64,000 bases of DNA from positions 84-64,083 of the forward strand of contig JAKSJY010000001.1 of the NCBI GenBank assembly GCA_024402025.1. The letters are read 5' to 3'. The notes below the pieces were generated by a model that saw only the letters and a program-made list of their open reading frames with translations, was not told where the DNA came from and did not search any database. Below are positions 10,537-20,983 of the stretch, one piece after another. Source of the stretch: Bacteroidales bacterium. GTDB taxonomy: Bacteria; Bacteroidota; Bacteroidia; Bacteroidales; UBA932. The first letter of the stretch is position 1, and every line of letters begins with the position of its first letter. The position numbers and the translations under genes are program-made.

Positions 10537-12615
10537 ATGGCAGTGCTTCAAAACATGCGCGAAAAATTCGGCGTCCTCATTTCGGTGCTGATCGCGCTTT
10601 CACTCCTGTACTTCATCGCCCCGATGGACGACCTTATGACATTGTTCGGCAAACCCCAGAATGTCGGCGAGATAGCCGGTACAGGCATTTCTTACGAAGA
10701 CTTCAATGCAGAAGTCGAGAATCTTACAAGAATCAACGAGATTGCAACGGGTTCTTCCGTCATGAACGAAGAGACCCAGAAACAGATCAGGGATGCCGCC
10801 TGGCAGACCTTGCTCGACAGGTATATGTTCTTCAAGAACTGCGACGCTGCCGGCATCAAGGTTTCAGATGCGGAGATCCGCGACCTGTTCAAGGGTGAGA
10901 ACGTAACCCCCATCGTTGCCCAGAACCCTTATTTTGCAGACGAGAACGGAATGTTCTCCGCCGACAGGGTTCGTGATATGGAGAATATGGCTGAAGAGGA
11001 TGCAAGCGCAAAGGCTTATATGGATTACCTCAAGAATGCCGTAAAGACACAGCAGTACTATGCAAAGTACATGTCCCTGTTCGTGTACAGTTCGATACAG
11101 AATCCTGAGGCCGTCGCCGCCGCAGTCGAGGAGGGCAACACAACGGCAGACATCGAGTACGTAGCCGTTCCCTATCCTTATGTCCGCGATTCAAGCATCA
11201 CCGTTTCTTCCGCAGAGGTCAAGAAATTCTACAAAGCCCACAAGGACGGATTCAAGCAGGTTGCAAGTCGTGACATCGAGTACGTCGTATACCAGATCAA
11301 ACCTTCCGACAAGGATATCGCCGACGCAAGCGCGAAGATGGAAAAGGCTTATGCCGAGTTCGCAGGAGCGGAGAACGTGAAGAATTTCATTCTGAAGAAT
11401 TCCGACAGGACATATTCCGAGTACTGGTACAAGAACGGAGAACTCAACACCGTAAGCCGGGAACTCAACGCTTTCGTCTTCTCCGGAAAGACAGGCGTAT
11501 CTCCCGTTTATCAGGAGGGAGACTCTTTCCTTGCAGGAAAGGTCGTTGCCAGCAGGCAGATGCCGGACTCGGTGTTCGTAAAGCACATCCTTCTCCAGGG
11601 AGAAGATCAGGCGAAGGCCGACAGCATCCTCAAGGTGGTGGCCGCCCGTCCTGCAACCTTCGCTGCGGTCGCAGCTGAATTCTCAGCAGACCAGGGATCG
11701 AACGCCGAAGGAAAATTCGGCGCAATCGGTTGGATGACCCAGAGCTATATGATTCCCGGATTCCAGAGCGTCCTTACCGCACAGGCAGGCAAACCGTTCA
11801 TTCTCGACACCCAGTACGGCAAGCACATCGTAGTCGTTGAGAAGACAACCAGGCCCGTTGCCAAGAAGCAGGTGGCAATACTTGCAAAGGATATCGTCGC
11901 AAGCAAGGAGACATATAACGCCGAGTACAACAAGGCAAGCAAATTCGCAGGTATCGCAGCCGGCACATACGAGGGATACCTCAAGGCTGTGGATTCCCTC
12001 GGCGTTTACTCGCATACGCAGAACGGCGTTCTCGAAAGCAGCGAGAGCTTCGGCTCCGTCGACCAGGCCAAGGAAGTTACCCGCTGGGTGTTCGACGCTC
12101 GCAAGGGCAAGTGCTCCGAGATTCTTACCGTCAACAATGAATATTTCTTTGTTGTTGCCCTCAAGGATGTTCACAAGCAGGGCTACACCCCCGTCGACGA
12201 GGTCGCTTCACAGATCGAATACGTCCTCTATACTCAGAAGCGCAACGCTGCAAAGACGGCCGAGGTTGCTGAAAAGATAGAGGGTCTTGCCTCGATGGAG
12301 GAAATTGCCGAGGCGTTCGGAACAAGCGTGGCAACCCAGAACGGACTCACCTTCTCACCTATGGGAATGGCTGCCGTAGAGCCCGCAGTGATGGGTGCGG
12401 CTCTCACCGGAGAGATTGGTGCCATTACCGGTCCCGTAGAAGGAATGAGCGCTTCCTACATCGTCAAGGTCAACGCCCGTGAGAAAGGCACTTTCTATAC
12501 CGAGGACGACGCCAAGACATACGCCACACAGAAGTCCAACTATGAAACCCAGGCCGTCATTGCCGAAATGGCAAGGACTGCACAGGTCGAGGACAACAGG
12601 GCAAGATACTATTAG
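10537..12615 (+). CDS. ppiD: PpiD-like membrane-anchored parvulin peptidyl-prolyl isomerase (SurA N-terminal domain)
   Basis: MAVLQNMREK plus TM helix; rotamase motifs VKHILL, FSADQGS..G.IGW, TQYGKHIV. Confidence 0.8.
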   Translation: MAVLQNMREKFGVLISVLIALSLLYFIAPMDDLMTLFGKPQNVGEIAGTGISYEDFNAEVENLTRINEIATGSSVMNEETQKQIRDAAWQTLLDRYMFFKNCDAAGIKVSDAEIRDLFKGENVTPIVAQNPYFADENGMFSADRVRDMENMAEEDASAKAYMDYLKNAVKTQQYYAKYMSLFVYSSIQNPEAVAAAVEEGNTTADIEYVAVPYPYVRDSSITVSSAEVKKFYKAHKDGFKQVASRDIEYVVYQIKPSDKDIADASAKMEKAYAEFAGAENVKNFILKNSDRTYSEYWYKNGELNTVSRELNAFVFSGKTGVSPVYQEGDSFLAGKVVASRQMPDSVFVKHILLQGEDQAKADSILKVVAARPATFAAVAAEFSADQGSNAEGKFGAIGWMTQSYMIPGFQSVLTAQAGKPFILDTQYGKHIVVVEKTTRPVAKKQVAILAKDIVASKETYNAEYNKASKFAGIAAGTYEGYLKAVDSLGVYSHTQNGVLESSESFGSVDQAKEVTRWVFDARKGKCSEILTVNNEYFFVVALKDVHKQGYTPVDEVASQIEYVLYTQKRNAAKTAEVAEKIEGLASMEEIAEAFGTSVATQNGLTFSPMGMAAVEPAVMGAALTGEIGAITGPVEGMSASYIVKVNAREKGTFYTEDDAKTYATQKSNYETQAVIAEMARTAQVEDNRARYY

Positions 12616-12636
12616 CAGATTATTCAGAGCACCGAT

Positions 12637-13788
12637 ATGATTGCAAAGATTCAGGACAAGTTCAAGGCAGTTTTCGGCGGAAGCGCCGATATGTATGCCA
12701 GCGCGGGACGAATCAACCTCATAGGCGAACACACCGACTATAACGGAGGGTATGTATTTCCCGGAGCAATCGACAAAGGCATCGTAGCCGCAATCCGTCC
12801 CAACGGGACGAACAAGGTTCGCGCCTTTTCTCTCGATTACAACGAACAGACCGAATTCGGTCTGGAAGAGGCCGACAAGCCGAAACAGGCCTGGGCCTGC
12901 TACATTTTCGGTGTTTGCCGCGAGACCATCAAGCGTGGCGGCAAGGTTGAGGGATTCGACACGGTATTTGCCGGAGACGTTCCTCTCGGAGCAGGACTCT
13001 CCAGTTCGGCCGCTCTCGAAAGCTGTTTCGCATTTGCGATCAACGATATCTGGCAGAACGGCATAGACAAATTCGAGCTCGCCAAGATAGGTCAGAGCAC
13101 CGAGCACAACTACTGTGGTGTCAATTGCGGAATAATGGACCAGTTCGCTTCCTGCTTCGGAAAGAAGGGATGCCTTATCCGTCTCAACTGCAAGACTCTC
13201 GAGTACAAGTATTTCCCCTTCGATCCCGAAGCGGCGGGATACAAGCTCGTCCTGGTGGATTCCTGCGTAAAGCACGAACTTGCTTCTTCCGCATACAACA
13301 AGCGCCGCGCATCCTGCGAGAACGCGGCCGCCGCAATCCGCAAGAACCACCCCGAGGTGGAGTTCCTTTCCGACGCGAAGAGGCTGTGGCTTGAAGAAGT
13401 GCGCACGGAAATTCCCGAAGAGGATTTCCTTCGCGCCGAGTATGTCATCGGTGAACTCCAGAGGGTTCTCGACGTTTGTGACGCCCTTGAGCGCGGAGAT
13501 TTCGAAACTGCAGGCGAGATGATGTATCAGACCCATTTCGGAATGAGCAAGCTTTACGAGGTCAGCTGCGAAGAGCTCGACTGGCTCAACAAGCTCGCAC
13601 GCAAGATGGACGTAACAGGCTCCCGCGTTATGGGTGGTGGCTTCGGAGGCTGCACCATCAACCTCGTCAAGGCGGAACTCTACGATGCGTTCGTCGCTGA
13701 GGCCAAGGAGCAGTTCTCCGCCCGGTTCGGCCACGCGCCGAAGATTTACGACGTGGTCATCTCCGACGGCGCAAGGAAACTGCAATAG
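12637..13788 (+). CDS. galK: Galactokinase
   Basis: GRINLIGEHTDYNGG, PLGAGLSSSAA, CGIMDQ, SRVMGGGFGGC. Confidence 0.97.
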   Translation: MIAKIQDKFKAVFGGSADMYASAGRINLIGEHTDYNGGYVFPGAIDKGIVAAIRPNGTNKVRAFSLDYNEQTEFGLEEADKPKQAWACYIFGVCRETIKRGGKVEGFDTVFAGDVPLGAGLSSSAALESCFAFAINDIWQNGIDKFELAKIGQSTEHNYCGVNCGIMDQFASCFGKKGCLIRLNCKTLEYKYFPFDPEAAGYKLVLVDSCVKHELASSAYNKRRASCENAAAAIRKNHPEVEFLSDAKRLWLEEVRTEIPEEDFLRAEYVIGELQRVLDVCDALERGDFETAGEMMYQTHFGMSKLYEVSCEELDWLNKLARKMDVTGSRVMGGGFGGCTINLVKAELYDAFVAEAKEQFSARFGHAPKIYDVVISDGARKLQ

Positions 13789-14641
13789 GGTAGTGATCGC
13801 TTACTCCCCCGTTGTATCGGGGTCCGACATAGGTTCGGCGGGGTTTTACTCCGCCGAATTTTTTGTCCGGCTCACTCAGGGCGGCCGTGCTCCATACGAG
13901 AAAGGATTCCACGTCGATTCCTCCGGCGAAGGCTCTGTCTATCAGCTCCCATCGGCCGTTGAACTTGTAGCTTCCGCCCCCGGCGCATCCGACTTCAAGC
14001 ATAGGGGCCATCAGCGAATCGCTTTCCCCGCTTCGGGTGTCATTGAAGTCCCCGAGCGCAACAACGGGTTTGAATCGCATCAGGGAGTCGCACAGTGCAC
14101 CAAGTTGCCTTAGCGCCAGAAGTCGTCTTTCCTGCGCTCCGTCCCCGAGTTTGGACGGCAGGTGTACGACCACTATTGCCAGCGAATCGAATTCCGCGAC
14201 CAGAAATGACCGGGTGGCGAGAGTGTCCTGTCCGTCGGTGATGTGCCGCTGTGATGCGACTGCGCGGCCGAGAACGTCAGGGCGATAAAGCAGGGCGCAG
14301 TCTATGCCACGGGGGTCCTTCGAATCGAAATGGACGAAATCATACCCCCATTTCCGAAGAAGGGTTCCGTCGACAAGCTGCTTCAGGCAGAAATCGTCCT
14401 CCACTTCGCAAAGCCCGACCGCATCGGGCATCCCTCCCAGGGAATCGGCCATCGAGAGGAGGGCCTTGGAGATGGACAGGCATTTCCCGCCGAATCTTTT
14501 TCCCGTCCACCGGTGCGCTCCGCCCGGGGTGAAGGACAGCTCTGAAGGGTTGTTGCTTTGAGGTTTAGGATTGAACAGGTTTTCCACATTCCAGAACACG
14601 ACAACGGTGGAAACAAACAGAAGTTTCATAGCAGTTTTCAT
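13757..14641 (-). CDS. Endonuclease/exonuclease/phosphatase family protein
   Basis: WNVENLF, GLCEVE, DPRGIDCALLY, HLPSK, GDFND, SDHYP. Confidence 0.88.
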   Translation of the reverse strand: MKTAMKLLFVSTVVVFWNVENLFNPKPQSNNPSELSFTPGGAHRWTGKRFGGKCLSISKALLSMADSLGGMPDAVGLCEVEDDFCLKQLVDGTLLRKWGYDFVHFDSKDPRGIDCALLYRPDVLGRAVASQRHITDGQDTLATRSFLVAEFDSLAIVVVHLPSKLGDGAQERRLLALRQLGALCDSLMRFKPVVALGDFNDTRSGESDSLMAPMLEVGCAGGGSYKFNGRWELIDRAFAGGIDVESFLVWSTAALSEPDKKFGGVKPRRTYVGPRYNGGVSDHYPIAVSLRRRR

Positions 14642-14645
14642 ACGT

Positions 14646-14674
14646 CAAATATAACGGAATATTTCTTAAATTTG
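14646..14674. promoter_or_regulatory. Back-to-back divergent -7 boxes (TATATTTG on -, TAAATTTG on +)
   Basis: caaatata at 14646-14653 and taaatttg at 14667-14674 in a 54-bp divergent spacer. Confidence 0.6.
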
Positions 14675-14695
14675 TGGGATTAAGAAAATTACAAC

Positions 14696-15796
14696 ATGTC
14701 TTTAAAATGCGGAATTGTGGGTCTTCCGAATGTCGGCAAGTCAACCCTTTTCAATTGTGTAAGTTCCGGAAAGGCACAAAGTGCCAATTTTCCCTTCTGT
14801 ACCATAGAGCCCAACCTCGGGTCCACCAATGTTCCGGACTCCAGGCTGGAAGTGCTGAGCGACATCTGCAAGCCCCAGCGCACCATTCCCGCAACGGTGG
14901 ACATCGTCGATATCGCCGGCCTCGTCAAAGGCGCGTCCAAGGGTGAAGGCCTCGGAAACCAGTTTCTTGCCAACATCCGCGAGTGCGATGCCATCCTTCA
15001 CGTCCTCCGCTGCTTCGATGACGGGAACGTTGTCCACGTGGACGGCAGCGTCGACCCCGTAAGGGACAAGGAGGTTGTGGACACGGAACTGCAGATCAAG
15101 GACCTTGAAACGATAGAAGCCCGCCTGACCAAGGCGGAGAAGGCCGGCAAGGCTGGGGACAAGGAGGCCGCGAAGCTTGCAGCCCTTCTTACAAGATACC
15201 GCGACGCCCTGCTGAAGGGACAGTCCTGCCGCAGCGTGGCACTCCTAAATGAGGATGAGGCCGCCATTGCGCACGACCTGTTCCTGCTTACCAACAAACC
15301 GGTGATGTACGTGTGCAACGTGGACGACGCCTCCTGCGTCAAAGGAAACAAGTATGTGGATGCGGTCAGGCAGGCCGTGAAGGACGAGAACGCCGAAGTG
15401 CTGGTGATTTCTGCAAGGACCGAATCGGAGATAGCAGAAATGGAGGATTATGACGACCGTCAGATGTTCCTCCAGGAAATGGGCCTCGAAGAGTCCGGCG
15501 TTGTGCGTCTGATCCAGAGCGCGTACCACCTTCTCGGACTTCAGACCTTCTTCACTGCGGGAAGTGACGAGTGCCGCGCCTGGACAATCCATAAGGGGGA
15601 CAAGGCCCCGAAGGCGGCAGGTGTCATCCATACCGATTTCGAACGCGGCTTCATCCGCGCCGAGGTTATCAAATACGACGATTTCGTCCAGTACAAATCC
15701 GAATCCGCCATCCGCGCCGCCGGAAAGATGGGGATAGAAGGCAAGGAATATGTGGTGCAGGACGGCGATATCATGCATTTTCTTTTCAACGTATAA
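14696..15796 (+). CDS. ychF: Redox-regulated ATPase YchF
   Basis: [48 protein letters not shown] domain. Confidence 0.97.
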   Translation: MSLKCGIVGLPNVGKSTLFNCVSSGKAQSANFPFCTIEPNLGSTNVPDSRLEVLSDICKPQRTIPATVDIVDIAGLVKGASKGEGLGNQFLANIRECDAILHVLRCFDDGNVVHVDGSVDPVRDKEVVDTELQIKDLETIEARLTKAEKAGKAGDKEAAKLAALLTRYRDALLKGQSCRSVALLNEDEAAIAHDLFLLTNKPVMYVCNVDDASCVKGNKYVDAVRQAVKDENAEVLVISARTESEIAEMEDYDDRQMFLQEMGLEESGVVRLIQSAYHLLGLQTFFTAGSDECRAWTIHKGDKAPKAAGVIHTDFERGFIRAEVIKYDDFVQYKSESAIRAAGKMGIEGKEYVVQDGDIMHFLFNV

Positions 15797-15798
15797 TT

Positions 15799-18399
15799 AT
15801 GCCCAAGGCTTCAGAGGACACACCGCTTCTCAAGCAGTATTTTGCGGTCAAGGCGCAGCATCCGGAAGCGTTGCTTCTGTATCGGGTGGGGGACTTCTAT
15901 GAAACCTATTCCGACGACGCCCTCCTTGCCAGCAAGGTGCTCGGCCTTGTGCTGACGAAGCGCTCGAACGGAGACAAGGAGCCGACTCCGATGGCCGGCT
16001 TCCCGCATCACGCCATCGAGCAGTATCTCCAGAAGCTTATCCGCGCCGGATACAAGGTGGCGGTCTGCGACCAGCTGGAGGATCCCGCGCTTGCGAAGAA
16101 CAAGCTTGTGAAGCGCGGGGTGACGGAGATCCTGACCCCCGGAGTCGCCTTCGGGGACGGAATGCTCGAACAGAAGGAGCACAATTATCTTGTCGGCCTG
16201 AATTTCAGCGCTACGGAATGCGGAGCGGCCTTCCTCGACGTGTCCACAGGAACGTTTCAGGTAGCCCAGGGCTCCGTCGAATATATTTCCACCCTTCTCG
16301 GCTCCTTCAGGCCGAGGGAGGTGGTGTGCCAGCGCGACTGCCTGAGGTTCGTTCGCGAGAAGATGGGAACGGATGCCTATATCTCCACCATCGACGAGTG
16401 GGCCTTCGTGCCGGACGCGGCGTTCGAGAAACTCCGCCGCCAGCTTTCGGTAAGTTCCCTGAAAGGCTTCGCCGTGGAGAACTTCCCTCTTGCAGTATGC
16501 AGCGCGGGGGCGTTGATATATTATCTCGAGCAGACAGAACACACAGGGCTGAAGAACATCTGCAGCATATCCAGAATCGACGAAGATAAGTTCGTGTGGA
16601 TGGACAGGTTCACTTTCCGCAATCTCGAGATTTTCGAGCCGGCGGGAGGCAGGGACGGAGTATCGCTCGTAGGGGCAATAGAAAGATGCTGTTCCCCTAT
16701 GGGAGCAAGACTCCTGAGGCAGTGGCTGGCGCTCCCGATAATGGACATAGCGGAACTGAACTCCAGGTATGACTGCGTAGGTTTCTTCTGCGACAATGAA
16801 GGTGCCTTGAACGAGATGCAGGAGGCGGTCAGCGAAGTCGGGGACCCCGAGAGAATCATCGCAAGGGCCGCGACCGGAAAGATCCTTCCAAGGGAAGTGC
16901 TGCAGCTTTCCCGCAGTCTCGGAAAAATGAATCCGATAAAGGACATCTGCACCGCATCAGGCACAGCCGCACTTGAGAAACTGGGCCGGGGGATGAAGAA
17001 CTGCGACAAGGTGCTTTCCGAAATCCGCACAACGCTGTCGGAGAATCCGGCCGCCCAGATAGGCAAGGGCGAAGTCATCGCGCGCGGTGTGGACAGGGAG
17101 CTGGATGAGCTCAGGGAGATTTCCACCGGCGGCAAGGACTACCTTCTCCACCTGCAGCAGAGCGAGGCGGAGCGCACGGGAATAAGCAGCCTGAAAATCA
17201 GCTACAACAACGTTTTCGGATACTATATCGAAGTCCGCAACACTTTCAGGGATCAGGTTCCTCCGGAGTGGATACGCAAGCAGACCCTGGTCAATGCGGA
17301 ACGCTATGTGACCCAGGAACTCAAGGATTACGAAGAGAAGATACTCAGTGCCGATTCGCACATCTATGAGATAGAAAGCCGTCTTTATGCAGCTCTGGTC
17401 GCAAAGATCCAGGCCTCGATAAGGGATATCCAGACGAACTGCGGCATCGTCGCGAAGATAGACGTGCTCCAGGGTTTCGCGCAGCAGGCCATCGACCGGA
17501 ACTATTGCCGTCCCGTGGTGGACAAGGGCAGCGTCATCGACATCAAAGCCGGCCGCCATCCCGTAATAGAGACCATAATGCCCGCCGGCGAGCAGTATGT
17601 CGCCAACGACGTGAGGCTCGAGTCCGCAGGCGAGCAGATAATGATACTGACAGGTCCCAACATGGCCGGAAAGTCGGCGCTTCTGAGGCAGACGGCGCTC
17701 ATCGTGCTGATGGCCCAGACTGGTTCGTTCGTGCCGGCGGAAAGCGCCAACATCGGCTATGTGGACAAAATCTTCACCCGCGTCGGGGCGACGGACAACA
17801 TCTCACGGGGAGAGTCCACCTTCATGCTGGAAATGCTGGAGACGTCGATGATAATGCACAACCTGTCCGCGAGGTCGCTCGTGCTGCTGGATGAAATCGG
17901 ACGCGGCACCTCTACCTACGACGGAATGTCCATCGCACGCGCCCTGGTAGAGTACATTTACAAGTACGGCAAGGGGGCGAAGACACTTTTCGCGACCCAT
18001 TATCACGAACTGAATGACCTGGAGGCCGTTTACGACAGGGTAGTCAACTACCACATCGCGGTCAGGGAGCAGGGGCACGACATCATCTTCCTCCGCAAGC
18101 TGGAAAAGGGCGGCGTGGCGCACAGTTTCGGCATTCACGTCGCAAGGATGGCCGGAATGCCGAAGGAGATAGTGGAGTCCGCCGAAAGGACACTCAGGGA
18201 ACTTGAAAGCAAGGAGAGTGTTGTCAAGAACGTCGGGAAGGTCGAGGAGGACGGAAGCCTTCAGCTGAATCTTTTCCAGCTGGACGACCCGCTTCTCAGT
18301 TCCCTCCGCGATTCCCTCGCGGCCGCGGACCTCAACAATATGACACCGCTCGAGGCGTTCGACCTGCTGCGGGCGATGAAAAGGGAGATGGGAATATGA
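15799..18399 (+). CDS. mutS: DNA mismatch repair protein MutS
   Basis: TPLLKQY, RVGDFYE, TGPNMAGKS, DEIGRGTSTYDG, FATHYHEL. Confidence 0.97.
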   Translation: MPKASEDTPLLKQYFAVKAQHPEALLLYRVGDFYETYSDDALLASKVLGLVLTKRSNGDKEPTPMAGFPHHAIEQYLQKLIRAGYKVAVCDQLEDPALAKNKLVKRGVTEILTPGVAFGDGMLEQKEHNYLVGLNFSATECGAAFLDVSTGTFQVAQGSVEYISTLLGSFRPREVVCQRDCLRFVREKMGTDAYISTIDEWAFVPDAAFEKLRRQLSVSSLKGFAVENFPLAVCSAGALIYYLEQTEHTGLKNICSISRIDEDKFVWMDRFTFRNLEIFEPAGGRDGVSLVGAIERCCSPMGARLLRQWLALPIMDIAELNSRYDCVGFFCDNEGALNEMQEAVSEVGDPERIIARAATGKILPREVLQLSRSLGKMNPIKDICTASGTAALEKLGRGMKNCDKVLSEIRTTLSENPAAQIGKGEVIARGVDRELDELREISTGGKDYLLHLQQSEAERTGISSLKISYNNVFGYYIEVRNTFRDQVPPEWIRKQTLVNAERYVTQELKDYEEKILSADSHIYEIESRLYAALVAKIQASIRDIQTNCGIVAKIDVLQGFAQQAIDRNYCRPVVDKGSVIDIKAGRHPVIETIMPAGEQYVANDVRLESAGEQIMILTGPNMAGKSALLRQTALIVLMAQTGSFVPAESANIGYVDKIFTRVGATDNISRGESTFMLEMLETSMIMHNLSARSLVLLDEIGRGTSTYDGMSIARALVEYIYKYGKGAKTLFATHYHELNDLEAVYDRVVNYHIAVREQGHDIIFLRKLEKGGVAHSFGIHVARMAGMPKEIVESAERTLRELESKESVVKNVGKVEEDGSLQLNLFQLDDPLLSSLRDSLAAADLNNMTPLEAFDLLRAMKREMGI

Positions 18400-19175
18400 T
18401 GGAGGTAAGAGCCAAGAAAGCATTGGGACAGCATTTCCTGACGGATCAGGGAATAGCGGCGGGCATAGTTGACGCGCTGGGCGAGAGCGAGGTGCGCGAC
18501 ACTCTGGAAATAGGCCCCGGAATGGGCGTGCTCACCCGCTACCTTACGGAGAGGAAGGACATCGACCTCAAGATGGTGGAGGTGGACGGAGAGTCGGTGG
18601 ACTACCTTATGTCGCATTTCAACGGGATGCAGGGCAAACTTATGCAGGCGGACTACCTCAAGCTCAATATGGAGAAAGTGTTCCCAGGGAAGTACCGCGT
18701 GATAGGCAATTTTCCGTACAACATCTCATCCCAGATTTTCTTCAAGATACTCGAGGACAAGGACCGCGTGCCCGAGGTGGTCTGCATGATCCAGAAGGAG
18801 GTGGCCGAGCGCATAGCGGAAAAGCCCGGTAGCAAGACCTACGGCATCCTTTCCGTGCTGCTGCAGGCCTGGTATGACATAGAATATCTTTTCACCGTAG
18901 GGTCGGGAGCGTTCTGCCCGCCTCCAAAGGTGCAGTCCGCCGTCATCCGCCTCAAACGCAACGGCCGTACCGAACTCGGATGCGACGAGGCTCTTTTCAA
19001 GCAGGTCGTGAAGGCGGCCTTCAACCAGAGGCGCAAGACGCTTCGCAATGCGCTCAGACAGATTGCCCTCCAAAACGGAAAGGAAGAAACGCTCTCGGAC
19101 GGGGTGTTCGACCTCAGGGCCGAGAAACTTTCCGTCGAGGATTTCATAGCTTTGACAGACAAACTCACAAGATGA
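18396..19175 (+). CDS. rsmA: 16S rRNA m6,2A1518/1519 dimethyltransferase
   Basis: AKKALGQHFL, LEIGPGMG, GNFPYNISS, QKEVAERI, PPPKVQSAV. Confidence 0.96.
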   Translation: MMEVRAKKALGQHFLTDQGIAAGIVDALGESEVRDTLEIGPGMGVLTRYLTERKDIDLKMVEVDGESVDYLMSHFNGMQGKLMQADYLKLNMEKVFPGKYRVIGNFPYNISSQIFFKILEDKDRVPEVVCMIQKEVAERIAEKPGSKTYGILSVLLQAWYDIEYLFTVGSGAFCPPPKVQSAVIRLKRNGRTELGCDEALFKQVVKAAFNQRRKTLRNALRQIALQNGKEETLSDGVFDLRAEKLSVEDFIALTDKLTR

Positions 19176-20182
19176 AACACATATCCTACACTCTGACCAA
19201 TTCCAAAGGCGCCAGCATCACTCTGAGCAGCCTTGGTGCAGCCATCACCTCCATCAAAGTTCCCGATGCCGCCGGAAAACTCGCGGATGTCGTCATCGGC
19301 TACAGGAACCTCGACGACTATCTTGCGGACGGACCTTGCGCCGGGAAATGCCCGGGGCGTTATGCCAACCGTATAGCGAAAGGAAGGTTCACTCTGGACG
19401 GGGTGGAATACGAACTCCCGATAAACAACGGGCCCAACCACCTCCACGGCGGTCCGAAAGGATTCCAGAACCAGGTCTGGGATTCCCGCAGCGACGGCAA
19501 TTCGGTAGAATTCATGTATTTCTCGAAGGACGGAGAGATGGGATATCCGGGCAACCTGAAAGTAGTTGCGCGTTACGAGTGGACAGAAGACAACGAGGTG
19601 ATTCTCACCCTGACCGCAGAGACGGACGCTCCGACCGTAGTGAATCTTACGAACCACACCTATTTCAATCTTGACGGGGAAGGTTCCGGGAGTGTGCTTG
19701 GCCACACCCTCAGGCTCAACGCTTCGGAATACCTTCCTACGGACGGGACTCTCATTCCTCTCGGAGAGCCGGAAAGCGTTGCCGGAACCCCGATGGATTT
19801 CATCACACCCAAGCCCCTGGGCCGCGACATCAGGGAAGATTTCCCCGCACTGAATTACGGCAAGGGATATGACGCCTGCTGGATTATCGACGGATATACC
19901 GAAAGACAGCTCCAGGAGGCCGCCGAACTCACTGCGGAAAAAAGCGGAAGGGTTCTCAAGGTGTTCACCACCCAGCCCGGCATCCAGGTATATACCGGCA
20001 ACTATCTCGCCGGGAGTCCCGAGGGCAAGTGCGGCAGGTCATACGACGACTATGACGCGGTAGCGCTGGAGTGCCAGCATTTTCCTGACAGCCCCAACCA
20101 TCCGGAATATCCCACCACGGTTCTCAGGCCCGGAGAGACCTATAAACAGGCCATTATTTTCGCATTTTCCACAAAGCAGTAA
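19172..20182 (+). CDS. galM: Aldose 1-epimerase (galactose mutarotase)
   Basis: GRYANRI, HLHGG, NLTNHTYFNL, YTGN, ALECQHFPDSPN; start taken as ATG 19172 overlapping the rsmA stop. Confidence 0.95.
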   Translation: MKHISYTLTNSKGASITLSSLGAAITSIKVPDAAGKLADVVIGYRNLDDYLADGPCAGKCPGRYANRIAKGRFTLDGVEYELPINNGPNHLHGGPKGFQNQVWDSRSDGNSVEFMYFSKDGEMGYPGNLKVVARYEWTEDNEVILTLTAETDAPTVVNLTNHTYFNLDGEGSGSVLGHTLRLNASEYLPTDGTLIPLGEPESVAGTPMDFITPKPLGRDIREDFPALNYGKGYDACWIIDGYTERQLQEAAELTAEKSGRVLKVFTTQPGIQVYTGNYLAGSPEGKCGRSYDDYDAVALECQHFPDSPNHPEYPTTVLRPGETYKQAIIFAFSTKQ

Positions 20183-20188
20183 ACGAAT

Positions 20189-20983
20189 ATGCAACAGTAT
20201 CTGGACTTGCTACGGCACATAATGGACAACGGCACGGTCAAACAGGACCGCACCGGAGTCGGCACCAAAAGCGTCTTCGGCTATCAGATGCGCTTCGACC
20301 TCAGCAAGGGGTTCCCTCTGCTGACAACCAAGAAGGTTCATCTGAAATCCATAATCTATGAACTCCTCTGGTTCATCAGCGGCGACACCAACGTCCGCTA
20401 TCTGCAGGAGCACGGCGTCTCGATCTGGGACGAGTGGGCCGATGCCAACGGCGACCTCGGTCCCGTCTACGGCCACCAGTGGAGAAGTTTTCCCGCACCA
20501 GACGGAGGCAGTGTGGACCAGCTCTCGCAGGTGATAGACCTTATCAAGAACAATCCGGACTCCCGCAGGATGCTTGTCTGCGCCTGGAATCCGGGAGAGG
20601 TGGACAAGATGGCCCTTCCTCCCTGCCACTGTCTGTTCCAGTTCTACGTTGCCGACGGCAAACTCAGCTGCCAGCTGTACCAGCGCAGCGCGGACACCTT
20701 CCTCGGCGTACCCTTCAACATTGCGTCCTATGCGCTGCTGACGATGATGCTTGCCCAGGTATGCGGTCTGCAGCCGGGCGAATTCGTGCACACTACGGGC
20801 GACACCCACATTTATCTCAATCATTTCGACCAGGTCCGCGAGCAGCTTTCCCGCACGCCGCGTCCTCTGCCGGTAATGCATATCAACCCTGAAGTGAAGA
20901 GCATCTTCGACTTCAAATACGAGGATTTCACCCTCGAAGGCTACGATCCGTGGCCGTCGATCAAAGCGCCCGTTGCCGTATGA
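20189..20983 (+). CDS. thyA: Thymidylate synthase
   Basis: [39 protein letters not shown]. Confidence 0.98.
   Translation: MQQYLDLLRHIMDNGTVKQDRTGVGTKSVFGYQMRFDLSKGFPLLTTKKVHLKSIIYELLWFISGDTNVRYLQEHGVSIWDEWADANGDLGPVYGHQWRSFPAPDGGSVDQLSQVIDLIKNNPDSRRMLVCAWNPGEVDKMALPPCHCLFQFYVADGKLSCQLYQRSADTFLGVPFNIASYALLTMMLAQVCGLQPGEFVHTTGDTHIYLNHFDQVREQLSRTPRPLPVMHINPEVKSIFDFKYEDFTLEGYDPWPSIKAPVAV

Noticed and set aside
15030-15045. Palindrome GTCCACGTGGAC as a possible parS site near the origin
   Set aside because: Only the core matches TGTTNCACGTGAAACA and the flanks do not. It lies in ychF coding sequence (VHVD).
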